Shown piece by piece: positions 1 through 9,024 of a DNA stretch of 64,000 nt (positions within the stretch are counted from its first letter, which is position 1; every line of letters begins with the position of its first letter). This DNA is from a virus: positions 22,280-86,279 of the IMG/VR virus record IMGVR_UViG_3300021963_000081; one strand, written 5' to 3'. A model generated the notes under the pieces. The model saw only the letters and a list, made by a program, of their open reading frames with translations. It did no database searches and had not been told where the DNA came from. The position numbers and the translations under genes were made by a program.

Positions 1-65
1 CGACGTTTCTCGCGGTTCTTTTTCGTCAACCCCGATAAACTTTTTGCGTCGGTTTTTATCTTCAT
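1..65 (-). CDS. 5' end of a gene running off the window (MKIKTDAKSLSGLTKKNREKR...), product unknown
   Basis: ATG at 65-63 overlaps the TGA of the gp51-like gene (ATGA coupling); frame is open to the window edge. Confidence 0.35.
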   Translation of the reverse strand, partial: MKIKTDAKSLSGLTKKNREKR

Positions 66-292
66 CTTCTTTTTCTAGCCGTTCGTGTAACTTTTGCAAA
101 ATCAGATTTTCGTTGCAACTCTTGCAACTTAATCCTTTCCTTTTCCTCTTTCAACCAATTCATAAGCATGTTCACGTAGGTCTGACGTTCCCACGGCAAC
201 ATATTCTCAATGTCGCTCAATGAATACTTATGGTGCTGAATCAAGCCAAAGTTACAATTAAAATAATTCGCCAAATTGTCATAACCAAACAT
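62..292 (-). CDS. gp51: Baseplate hub assembly catalyst, gp51-like
   Basis: NF.LIQHHKYSLSDIENMLPWER.TYV motif typical of T4-like gp51; follows gp26. Confidence 0.85.
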   Translation of the reverse strand: MFGYDNLANYFNCNFGLIQHHKYSLSDIENMLPWERQTYVNMLMNWLKEEKERIKLQELQRKSDFAKVTRTARKRR

Positions 293-1017
293 TAACCGAA
301 AAAATCGTCGATTCCTTTTACAACGATCATATGGTTAAAAGAACACTTGTTACATATAACTTCTTTTGATGTCTGCACATAAGGTAGAGTTGAAAAGAAA
401 TTCTTAAACACTTCAAGTTGATCTAAACTTAAAGAACCCAAGAACTCATAAAACTCTTCTTTCGTGAACGTTTCAGACTCATATTTCGAATCTTCATCAA
501 AAACATAATCTAAGTGTTCATAAATCAGATCTAAAATATTTTCTAAACCTTCTACTTTATTCGCAATAGAAGTTGAGATATTGATTGAAGGATACTTGAG
601 TACCATTCCAATACTTTCAGAAATCATAACTTTATTAGAATGATTTTCTGGAACTACAACCTCAACCTTATTCAGATCAACGTCAAACACCATACTGTTT
701 CCGCATCGCTCGTTTTCGACAACATTCTCGCACTTGTATGTAAGTTCTAATGTTTCTCCAACTGAGCGAAGTCGAAGGTGAATGAAGATCATTTCGAGAT
801 CGAATAATGGCAAATCCTCAATATCTACGTTTTCGTCAAGACAGCAGTTATTGATAATTTGCTTTACGGTATCAAGCAACGAAGGAAGATCTTCAGCTTC
901 CTTCGCCATCAAAAGTAATTTTTCTTCTTTCACTAGAAACGGTCGAAACTTTACCTTTTTATTCAGTGATGTCAAATGCACATCAAATGTAGGATAACTA
1001 ATTTTCGGTAATGCCAT
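292..1017 (-). CDS. gp26: Baseplate hub subunit/chaperone gp26
   Basis: MALPKI..P.F...L....KVKFRPFLVKEEKLLLMA N-terminus; LRLRSVGE; C-terminal CxxC. Confidence 0.9.
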   Translation of the reverse strand: MALPKISYPTFDVHLTSLNKKVKFRPFLVKEEKLLLMAKEAEDLPSLLDTVKQIINNCCLDENVDIEDLPLFDLEMIFIHLRLRSVGETLELTYKCENVVENERCGNSMVFDVDLNKVEVVVPENHSNKVMISESIGMVLKYPSINISTSIANKVEGLENILDLIYEHLDYVFDEDSKYESETFTKEEFYEFLGSLSLDQLEVFKNFFSTLPYVQTSKEVICNKCSFNHMIVVKGIDDFFG

Positions 1018-1030
1018 AATTTACTCCATG

Positions 1031-1867
1031 TTATATTCTTGTTCCAAATGCTGGTTGAGATCTCAACAATGAATCAACAGCACCATTTGTTGGTCGTGTT
1101 CTCATTGGTCCCATCGGCGTATTAATTAATGAACCTTGTGACTGCGATGTGCGCTCATTATCACCAAGATTTGGTGCTGATTGTACTGGTGTCACATCAC
1201 CTAATGAATTTGTTTCAAGTGGTAACCAACGATCGAACTTAAATGCAACTGTTAATCGATGAATATCGTCAGTTCCCCAGTTTAGATTTAATGCGTTAAC
1301 TGTAACTGGGAATGCATTAATGAGTGTGCATGCATAACTGACATGCGGTTTATTAAATCGTTCTGGATCTAATGGTGTCATAGTTGCGACTGTTGCAAGA
1401 GTTGGTCGTGTTTCGCCCAGCTGAGTTTTATCTTGTCGCAATGCCTCTTCTCGCATAAGTTCAAATTTATCGAGTGGCATAAATTCGCTATATTGGCGAA
1501 TTACAATATCGGTCACATAGTTCATCTTGTAGTTTACAAGATAGGTTTGTTTTGGAATGATGTAATTTAACCACGCATCGAAAAACTTCTTTTCCCAAAG
1601 ATCGCCAGCACAGATAAAGGTAAACGAAACATCTCCGAATGAAGGAGTGCCTGCGAGTGGCGTCGCTGCTCCGAAGATTTTGTTTTCAATCGTGTTAAGT
1701 GTATAACCTGGAAGTTCTGCTGTTTCACACTGCAGCGATAATTGTTCGGATGTCGCCATACCCATTAAAACGGATGGTACATTGATTAGAACGTCGAACT
1801 TCGATGATTTAGCAAATCCAGCGTGAGAATCGAAGTGCGCGATAAATTTGTTTACATTAAATGCCAT
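1031..1867 (-). CDS. Tail-tube-fold protein (gp54-like tube initiator / gp19 paralog)
   Basis: FDVLI...CETAELPG, FTFIC, INAFPVTV.ALNLNWG..DIHRLTVAF resemble gp19 at 54585; baseplate context. Confidence 0.7.
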   Translation of the reverse strand: MAFNVNKFIAHFDSHAGFAKSSKFDVLINVPSVLMGMATSEQLSLQCETAELPGYTLNTIENKIFGAATPLAGTPSFGDVSFTFICAGDLWEKKFFDAWLNYIIPKQTYLVNYKMNYVTDIVIRQYSEFMPLDKFELMREEALRQDKTQLGETRPTLATVATMTPLDPERFNKPHVSYACTLINAFPVTVNALNLNWGTDDIHRLTVAFKFDRWLPLETNSLGDVTPVQSAPNLGDNERTSQSQGSLINTPMGPMRTRPTNGAVDSLLRSQPAFGTRI

Positions 1868-2415
1868 TACCTTTTATACACCATCTTTTGCGTTGGTAAG
1901 AAGATCGCAGTTTCCCAATTATTCGGCTCAATGTAAATCATAGAAGAAACGATATGATTCAATAGATATCTTTTTAGACAGTCTTGAATCATTTTATATC
2001 TGCGCGATTTCGCGAGCAAATCATACGATAAACGAAACTTTGTTGTATCGTCATATTTATCGTTGTTTATAAAATCGTGCAAGCGATCTAAAAGAGCGAG
2101 TCGACTGTATGGATCGAGATAATGTAGGTTTAACCCTAAGAATCCGTTTGGGTACATTTCTATGGGAATGACTAGAGGAAACTTATCCCAAACTGGGAGA
2201 ACATCTTTAAGTTTCGGGTCGTACTGATAGGTGTACATACGACCTATAAATGCTCTCGGAGAAATTCTTCTAGCGTCATTTAGCACATTCGAACGATCGG
2301 CTGGCATTCGAAGTGCCATTAGTTTATTGCCAAGCCATGTTCTGGCTTCTGCGCTTCGTGGTCGAATACCAGCAGCGGTCATTTCTCGACTTAATTTATC
2401 GAATAGTGATGGCAT
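1867..2415 (-). CDS. gp2: DNA end protector protein gp2
   Basis: GRMYTYQYDPKLK..LP.WDKFPLV...GFLGLNLHYL...WETAIFLP. Confidence 0.9.
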   Translation of the reverse strand: MPSLFDKLSREMTAAGIRPRSAEARTWLGNKLMALRMPADRSNVLNDARRISPRAFIGRMYTYQYDPKLKDVLPVWDKFPLVIPIEMYPNGFLGLNLHYLDPYSRLALLDRLHDFINNDKYDDTTKFRLSYDLLAKSRRYKMIQDCLKRYLLNHIVSSMIYIEPNNWETAIFLPTQKMVYKR

Positions 2416-2849
2416 TAGATTCCGAGATCTTCCTCTGTAATAACTTTAAAAGTCCATTGCTTATTCTTGCAATACTCTGTCGCAGCCTTCCATTTCGCTT
2501 CATTGACGCCCCAAGTCATCACTTCATTGATGTATCTTCGTGTAATCTTCGACTTCTTCTGTGGAGGAACAGATTGGCTTTTAGGTTTCACCTCTAGGAT
2601 GAGAGACTCAACCACACCAATCCTATTCTGTACTTTCACAAAAAAGTCAGGAAAATAACGATGCCAACGATTATCTACAGGCGATAAATATGGAATAATG
2701 ATTTCCTCGTTAGACCACTGAATAACACTTGGGTTAGAGTCAAGGTGCACCATAACTCGGCGCTCCCACAACGATCTGTACCAGATGTTTGTCGGATCAC
2801 CTAAATATTTATTGGTATTTTTCGGACTGTATCTACCTGAATAAGCCAT
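2415..2849 (-). CDS. gp4: Head completion nuclease gp4 (TnsA-like)
   Basis: MAYSGRY.PKN.NKY.GDPTNI.YRSLWE, HRYFPDF, EVKP, NEAKWKAA; start placed at ATG 2849 rather than the ORF-track start. Confidence 0.9.
   Translation of the reverse strand: MAYSGRYSPKNTNKYLGDPTNIWYRSLWERRVMVHLDSNPSVIQWSNEEIIIPYLSPVDNRWHRYFPDFFVKVQNRIGVVESLILEVKPKSQSVPPQKKSKITRRYINEVMTWGVNEAKWKAATEYCKNKQWTFKVITEEDLGI
2800..2807 (+). promoter_or_regulatory. Possible late promoter CCTAAATA for the plus-strand baseplate operon
   Basis: TAAATA core ~70 nt upstream of the gp48 ATG, inside gp4 on the opposite strand. Confidence 0.35.
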
Positions 2850-2854
2850 AGATT

Positions 2855-2862
2855 TATTTAGA
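2855..2862 (-). promoter_or_regulatory. T4-type late promoter TCTAAATA for gp4
   Basis: Minus strand reads TCTAAATA-AATCT-ATG. Confidence 0.6.
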
Positions 2863-2878
2863 CCCCTCGGAACAATTA

Positions 2879-4075
2879 ATGTCAACACCATTAAGCATCA
2901 ATAGTGTATCTAGAAGTTTAGATCCAAACGAGGCAAAGGGACCACTTGCTGCCCTTGCTAAAAATTCATTCTCTACCACCGATTTACGCTATCCGATTAA
3001 TCTTGGAACTAATAATTTTGAGGGATTGCATTACATAACCTTCTATGTAAACGTGCAAGAAAAATCCAAATATAACGTTTCGCAAAGAACAGAAATAGGT
3101 CCTGTTGCGAATCAAAATCGTGCCAATGATGCCTCAGCAGGATTCGCTCAGATTTCATCTGGTAATTCTATTATCAGCGACAATAAAATGGGGCAACTCT
3201 TTGCCGAAGGCACAGGCGGTATGTTCGGTGCCGCTATCGGTGGTGCTGTGGGAAGTATTGCTGGTGAGTTGGGTGGTCCAGTCGCAGGAGTGGGTGGTGC
3301 AGTTATCGGTGGTGCAGTTGGCGGACTTATTGGTTCTTCAATTGTAAGTGCTATCGATCTTTCTCGTAAGACTAAACGAATTAAGTCTACGATTTCAATG
3401 TATATGCCAGATACGATAAACCAACAAATCGTTCACGAGTATGGTGAAGTTTCTATGACTGACGCTCTCGGAATGGTTGGTGCCATTGGTCAAGGTGCGG
3501 CTGGCGTTGGATCTTCTATTGAAGGTTATTTTAGCGATACATTTGGCTCTGGTGCAAAAGCAGATCTAAAGGGTGCTGGAGCAGGTTCAATGGCTGAACT
3601 TGCAGGAACATTAGCTGAAAAGTCTGGAGCGTTTGGTGGTGGAATTAAAGAGGCACTTTTATTCTCAGCAGGTTTGGCGTTAAATCCTCAAGTAGAAGTT
3701 CTCTATCAAAAAACAGGTCATCGTGAGTTTCTATTTGATTTTAAGATGTCACCAAGAAGCCAAGCCGAAGCCGATGCAATTCGCAAAATTATCAAAGAAT
3801 TTAAGTTTCACTCAGCACCAGAATTATTAAAAGGTGCTTCTGGACGCTTCTTTGTTCCACCTGCTGAGTTTGATATTAAGTTTTTCTATAATGGAAAAGA
3901 AAATCTAAACATTCATAAAATTTCCTCGTGTGTTTTAGTTGGTATTGATGTAAACTATGCTGCAGCAGGACAATGGACTACGTTCGACGACGGTATGCCT
4001 GTTGACATTGCAATGCAATTAAGATTTAAAGAACTCGAACTTATGCACAAGGGTCGCATTGAGGAAGGTTATTAA
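2879..4075 (+). CDS. gp48: Baseplate tail-tube cap gp48
   Basis: LRYP, ISMYMP, NPQVEVLY...REF.FDFKMSPRSQAEA..I..II..FK.HSAP, SCVL..IDVNY, L.FKELE. Confidence 0.85.
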   Translation: MSTPLSINSVSRSLDPNEAKGPLAALAKNSFSTTDLRYPINLGTNNFEGLHYITFYVNVQEKSKYNVSQRTEIGPVANQNRANDASAGFAQISSGNSIISDNKMGQLFAEGTGGMFGAAIGGAVGSIAGELGGPVAGVGGAVIGGAVGGLIGSSIVSAIDLSRKTKRIKSTISMYMPDTINQQIVHEYGEVSMTDALGMVGAIGQGAAGVGSSIEGYFSDTFGSGAKADLKGAGAGSMAELAGTLAEKSGAFGGGIKEALLFSAGLALNPQVEVLYQKTGHREFLFDFKMSPRSQAEADAIRKIIKEFKFHSAPELLKGASGRFFVPPAEFDIKFFYNGKENLNIHKISSCVLVGIDVNYAAAGQWTTFDDGMPVDIAMQLRFKELELMHKGRIEEGY

Positions 4076-4761
4076 TGGCTGCTCTAGGTTATTTCAATTA
4101 TTTTCCGAAAATAAGTTACACATTTGACAAGAACTCGATCAATCAGCAAGCCGTTACAAACATCTTTGCTCGTTCGACGTTTTTAAAAGAAGTATCAAAT
4201 AACTCATCTGTGTATTTTGAGTATCAGGTTCAAGATTCTGATTCACCTGAGATTATCGCACATAAAATTTATGGCGACTCATACAGATCATGGCTTGTAT
4301 TGTTATTCAATAAACTAATCAATCCTTCTTATGATTTTCCTCTTAAAACAGAAGTTTTAGATGAGTATATTCAAAACAAATACGATCAGACTTTGATCGC
4401 CGCGCAAACACAAATACATCATTACGAACAAGAGGTGACAACAACCATCACATTTAATGGCGTGCAGTTTTATCAAACAGTCACAACTTCTATCATCTCG
4501 GACAAAGAATACAATTTTGTGACTGGAACTTTGGTTGATAGAACAGTTCCATCAATTGCTGATACATCATTAGTTGTAAGCACAGAGCAAAAGACACTAG
4601 AGAATAATCAAGTTGCAACCATCGTAACAAGAAATAAGGCAGTATCAAATTATCAGTATGAAATTAATGAAAATGAAAAACGTCGTAAAATTAAACTTCT
4701 TGACCCTGCGTATGTCGCTCAGGTCGAGCAAGAATTTAAGCAGTTGATGAGCAATGGCTGA
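4075..4761 (+). CDS. gp53: Baseplate wedge protein gp53
   Basis: YFNYFPKI.Y, LysM-like PE.IAHKIYGD..W.VLLFN...NP..DFP, YE...NE.RR.IKLL. Confidence 0.9.
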   Translation: MAALGYFNYFPKISYTFDKNSINQQAVTNIFARSTFLKEVSNNSSVYFEYQVQDSDSPEIIAHKIYGDSYRSWLVLLFNKLINPSYDFPLKTEVLDEYIQNKYDQTLIAAQTQIHHYEQEVTTTITFNGVQFYQTVTTSIISDKEYNFVTGTLVDRTVPSIADTSLVVSTEQKTLENNQVATIVTRNKAVSNYQYEINENEKRRKIKLLDPAYVAQVEQEFKQLMSNG

Positions 4762-6061
4762 AGACGTTGGTATAACTAATTCTAAGAATTTTGATGTAAA
4801 GATCCTGGATTTGATAAATTCGGGAGGTCAGGTTGTTGACTTAAGAAAGATATTCATGGAAATTCAATTATTCCAGGACATCTATTCTCCTGTAATGACA
4901 GGAACTATTCTACTTCAAGACGGTCATGACATCTTTAATAATTTTTATTTTTGCGGAAACGAGTATTTAAAACTTTCTATTGATAAACCATCGCTCGGAA
5001 AACCTATTCAAAAAATCTTTAGAGTATATAAAACTGGTGGAAGAAAACCAGGCTCTGACTCAGGGCAAATTTTTACGCTTTATTTTTGCTCAGAAGAACT
5101 CGTGTTCTCAAATCAAAAACGTGTGAGTAAGGCATATAAAAGTCAAAAGACTGTCGACATTATTAAAGACATTCTTAAGAATGAATTAAAAGTCGATGAT
5201 TCTAAGATTGGAAAATTAGAAGGCACTTCTGGTGTATATGATTTAGTCGTTCCAGGAATGACTCCGATTGAAGTTATACAGTGGGCAGCATCACGCTCCT
5301 ACGACGCAAGTAAGAAATTTTGTTATTTCTTTTATGAAGACCGCGATGCATTTCAGTTTAAATCATATAACACATTAATTAAGCAAAAGCCACTTAAAAC
5401 GTTAAAATACGAAATTAAGACTGTAGAGCAAGATCCTGCAAATAATAAAGATTCAATTGATAAATTTGAGATTAGAGGTGAATTTGATACTCTAAAGATG
5501 ATGTCTCATGGTGGTTATGCCTCTAAGTTATTGTCCGTTGATATCTTTAATCAGTCCTTCAAGTATAATAATTATTCAATAGAAATTGCAGAAGCACAGG
5601 GTAATCTTCTGAATAAATTTAAACCAATTAACGGACTTAAAAATCTAGACAAAGTCCCTATAACGCAAACTTATGATTCTTTATTCTTAACAAATATTGC
5701 AATAAATGATACCGCATCAGAAAAAGAAAGCGATCGCGATAAGTGGATGATGAATCGTGCATTACACATGATGGCAATGCACAATACAAAAATTAACATT
5801 ATTATTCCTGGTGATATTTTCTTAAGAGCAGGTGACGTTGTCAAGTATGAGTTTCCCAAATTTGAAGGTGCTGATAAATCTGGAAAAACATTAGATGAAT
5901 ATCGCACTGGCAATTATCTTGTTTCTGCCATTTGCCATAAATTCTCTGGTGCTGATAAGGGAGATTTTGAGAGTATTGTGGAACTCGTTTCCGATTCATT
6001 CTCAAAACAGATTCCTGCAGCAAAAGAGGGTCTTGAAAAAGTGACGAGTAAATATACATGA
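4754..6061 (+). CDS. Baseplate hub protein (gp27-like position)
   Basis: EI.LFQDI.SPVMTG, YFFYE..AFQFKS, PGD..LRAGDVV, TGNYLVSAICH; lies between gp53 and gp5. Confidence 0.7.
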   Translation: MAEDVGITNSKNFDVKILDLINSGGQVVDLRKIFMEIQLFQDIYSPVMTGTILLQDGHDIFNNFYFCGNEYLKLSIDKPSLGKPIQKIFRVYKTGGRKPGSDSGQIFTLYFCSEELVFSNQKRVSKAYKSQKTVDIIKDILKNELKVDDSKIGKLEGTSGVYDLVVPGMTPIEVIQWAASRSYDASKKFCYFFYEDRDAFQFKSYNTLIKQKPLKTLKYEIKTVEQDPANNKDSIDKFEIRGEFDTLKMMSHGGYASKLLSVDIFNQSFKYNNYSIEIAEAQGNLLNKFKPINGLKNLDKVPITQTYDSLFLTNIAINDTASEKESDRDKWMMNRALHMMAMHNTKINIIIPGDIFLRAGDVVKYEFPKFEGADKSGKTLDEYRTGNYLVSAICHKFSGADKGDFESIVELVSDSFSKQIPAAKEGLEKVTSKYT

Positions 6062-7740
6062 AAGCGCGCAAAAATTTTATAGGTCTTGAGGGGTTCGTTT
6101 GGTGGGTTGGTGTTGTTGAAGACCGCCAAGATCCAGAACAACTCGGTCGTGTTCGTGTTCGCTGTTTTGGTTGGCACACTGAAGATAAGAAAAAGATTCC
6201 AACAAATGTTCTTCCTTGGGCGCATCCAGTTGTCCCAGTAAATCATCCTGCTGTATACACCCCAAAAGAGGGTGATATGGTTTTCGGTTTCTTCATGGAT
6301 GGCAACTCTGCGCAGAATCCAGTCATTATGGGTGTTCTGCCAGGAAAGCCGCAGCAAAAGCCAAGATATGAAGATGGATTTAACGATCCAAGAAAAAGTT
6401 TTGGTGATGCGCCAAAGAGACCAGATGATAATGCTGAGGCATATCCAAAGTCAAAGTATCTCAAAGAAGCAACGACAAATCGCCTTTCTCGCGGAAAGGC
6501 AGACAGTACAATTATTGCTACACGAAAAAAGAATCTAAAGAAAAGTATAAAGTCTGCAGGTGGAGTAACTTGGTCAGAACCAGCTCCAGCATTTGCACCA
6601 AAGTATCCTTACAACTATGCACTTGAGACTGAATCAGGTCATGCCTTTGAATTAGATGATACTCCAGGAAAAGAGCGCGTTCATTTGGCTCATCGAAATG
6701 GATCGTACTTCGAAGTCGATAAAGACGGAAATAAAGTCGAGCGCGTACAAAAAGACAATTATGAAGTGATCATGGGCGATGATTTTATCTACGTCAAAGG
6801 TAAGGCAGTCATTACAGTCGAAGGTAATTTTAATCTTAAGACCGCAACTGTAAACATAGAAGCAGCTGCAATTAATATGGCTGCAGACGGAGCAATCAAA
6901 ATTAAGGGAAGCTCGGTCAATATTGAATCAACAGGTTCCATGGACCTAAAAGCAGGTGGGGCTGGCAAATTTACTGCTGGTGGACGTCTTGATCTCAAGG
7001 GAGCAACAGCTGGTCTTGGTGGCGCAACAGTCGACATTCCTGCGGCAAAGGTCAATCTGCAAAGTGGTTCTGTTGGGTCTGCATCTGGAGCAGGAATCAC
7101 TGGTGGCGGCACACAGGCTGCGGCAGGTGAAGCAGCTGCAAATTCAGCTGCGCAAAGTGCGGCAACTCAAGCGGCGGCAACAGCTGCAGGAAGTAATGCA
7201 GTTTCAACTCTTGGTTCTACCTTTACTGCTGCAGCAAATGCGGCAACAGGTGCCGTTTCTTCGGCAGTGAGTGCAGTGACTTCCGCTGTAGGTGCAGCAA
7301 CATCAGGTGGTGCTCTTGGTGGCACTTTAGGAAGTGCACTCGGAAAAACAGTAAGTGGTTTGACTTCTTCTATTTCTGGCGTTGTTGGGGATCTAAAGGG
7401 TACACTCGACTCAACGATCAAAGATCTTGCCTCACCACTACCGATTGGTGAAATTGCAGCGAAGGTCGCTGGCGCTGAATCGTCAATTAATAACTCTCGC
7501 GGAGATATTTTATCCCTTGTTGGTGCATCTAAATCTGAAATTCTCGGAAAGATCGATACGATTGCACAAGGCGCATTTTCGAAGAATATAGACTTTAATG
7601 TTGACTCTGATATTCAAAAAGAAATCGATAAAACTAAAAATAATGGTCTCGTTCAAATCGTAACAGTCACGGCTAAGAAACTTTATCCTAAAACTGAAAC
7701 GGTAAATATTGCTGTGACCTCAGCAAATACGGGAGGATAA
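6058..7740 (+). CDS. gp5: Baseplate spike gp5 (OB fold + beta-helix, no lysozyme domain, Ala/Gly/Ser-rich C-terminal extension)
   Basis: WWVGVVEDRQDP..LGRVRVRCFGWH, LPWA, YPYN..ETESGH.FELDDTPG.ER...HR.G. Confidence 0.92.
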   Translation: MKARKNFIGLEGFVWWVGVVEDRQDPEQLGRVRVRCFGWHTEDKKKIPTNVLPWAHPVVPVNHPAVYTPKEGDMVFGFFMDGNSAQNPVIMGVLPGKPQQKPRYEDGFNDPRKSFGDAPKRPDDNAEAYPKSKYLKEATTNRLSRGKADSTIIATRKKNLKKSIKSAGGVTWSEPAPAFAPKYPYNYALETESGHAFELDDTPGKERVHLAHRNGSYFEVDKDGNKVERVQKDNYEVIMGDDFIYVKGKAVITVEGNFNLKTATVNIEAAAINMAADGAIKIKGSSVNIESTGSMDLKAGGAGKFTAGGRLDLKGATAGLGGATVDIPAAKVNLQSGSVGSASGAGITGGGTQAAAGEAAANSAAQSAATQAAATAAGSNAVSTLGSTFTAAANAATGAVSSAVSAVTSAVGAATSGGALGGTLGSALGKTVSGLTSSISGVVGDLKGTLDSTIKDLASPLPIGEIAAKVAGAESSINNSRGDILSLVGASKSEILGKIDTIAQGAFSKNIDFNVDSDIQKEIDKTKNNGLVQIVTVTAKKLYPKTETVNIAVTSANTGG

Positions 7741-7741
7741 A

Positions 7742-8623
7742 ATGGGACTCGTAACCAAAGCAGAAGCATATATTATTTCAGAACTCAAATCTACGGTTAT
7801 GGATCGTCTCCACATGGGTGGTTCGTTCTTACAGCAAACATCAACCACAACAATCGGTGGAATTCCTGTTGCAATTAAGGCTGGTGGTCTTGGCGCCATA
7901 GGTGGTCAACTTGGAGGAATAATCTCTCAGGTTCAGGCTGCAGCTGGAGCGATCACCACTCTTACACAAAATCCTATGTCTGCATTAGAAGGTGCTCTTG
8001 GGTCTCAGATCTCAGGTGTAACAAGTCAAATTTCTGCTGTCACATCGAAACTTTCTGGTGGGCAATTGAGTGCATTGACTAACGGAATTACTGGTATACA
8101 GAATGCTCTTACTGATTTTCAGGCTCACACTCAATTACTTTCAGGTCAAGCGACCTCTATCTCTGACGCTATTCCTGATTTTAACAAAATTAAAGATGCA
8201 GGAAACACTCTAAAGGGTCTTACTGGAGAAGATGCTGCAGATTTTATTTCAAACACTGCTTCGGCTCTGTTTTCGGACACTAAACTATCAAATATCACTA
8301 ACTCACTGCAATACGTTGTAAATGATAAGTTGGCTCGAATCTCTAGACTCGATTCTGTGGCTAATTCGGCTGAAATTTCTAGTCTTGTTTCCGATTGCCA
8401 ACTCCTTATAAATAATCATGCAAATACAATGAACGTTGTTGTTGACTCTGATACACATGCATTCAATGAAGCGAGCAATACCTTAACTGCTGCAACGACG
8501 GTGGTGGGTGTGGCTTCTCAATTTTCAGACACAAGTAGCGTTGGGTATGCACTTTTTAATAGAATCGGGACGAGCAGCGCGAAAAGCGCATTCAGTTCAG
8601 CAATTTCGGCGACAGAAACCTGA
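7742..8623 (+). CDS. Hypothetical Ala/Ser/Gly-rich helical virion protein
   Basis: 293-aa ORF with GGAGG SD, tightly packed between gp5 and gp25. Confidence 0.7.
   Translation: MGLVTKAEAYIISELKSTVMDRLHMGGSFLQQTSTTTIGGIPVAIKAGGLGAIGGQLGGIISQVQAAAGAITTLTQNPMSALEGALGSQISGVTSQISAVTSKLSGGQLSALTNGITGIQNALTDFQAHTQLLSGQATSISDAIPDFNKIKDAGNTLKGLTGEDAADFISNTASALFSDTKLSNITNSLQYVVNDKLARISRLDSVANSAEISSLVSDCQLLINNHANTMNVVVDSDTHAFNEASNTLTAATTVVGVASQFSDTSSVGYALFNRIGTSSAKSAFSSAISATET
8407..8414 (+). promoter_or_regulatory. Possible late promoter TATAAATA upstream of gp25
   Basis: Exact T4 late consensus, intragenic, ~220 nt before gp25. Confidence 0.35.
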
Positions 8624-8630
8624 GTAAAAA

Positions 8631-9023
8631 ATGGCATTAGCATCTAGAACATTTAGCGATATCGATATGGATTTTATGCCAAATCCAATTACTGAGGATA
8701 TCTTGAAGAAAACGAACGAAAGCGCAATCGCTCAATCGATCGGTAATCTTCTTCAGACGGCACATTATGAAAGACTATTTCGTCCAGAGATTGGATGTAA
8801 TTTGAAGAAATATTTGTTTGAACCAATTGACAATATTACTACGAATAACATAACTGAAGAAATTATCAGAACAATTACAAATTATGAGCCTCGTGTTCAA
8901 TTGCTTGACGTTGTTGTAATTCCTGATTATGATAAGAATGGATATGATGTTTCTGTTAAATTTATAGTTAGAAACGACCCACAACCTATAACAATCACAT
9001 TCTTCCTAGAACGAGTAAGATAA
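8631..9023 (+). CDS. gp25: Baseplate wedge subunit gp25
   Basis: FSDID.DF..NP.T.DI, AI.QSI.NL..T..YERLF.PE.G, YEPRV, FLERVR. Confidence 0.95.
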   Translation: MALASRTFSDIDMDFMPNPITEDILKKTNESAIAQSIGNLLQTAHYERLFRPEIGCNLKKYLFEPIDNITTNNITEEIIRTITNYEPRVQLLDVVVIPDYDKNGYDVSVKFIVRNDPQPITITFFLERVR

Positions 9024-9024
9024 C

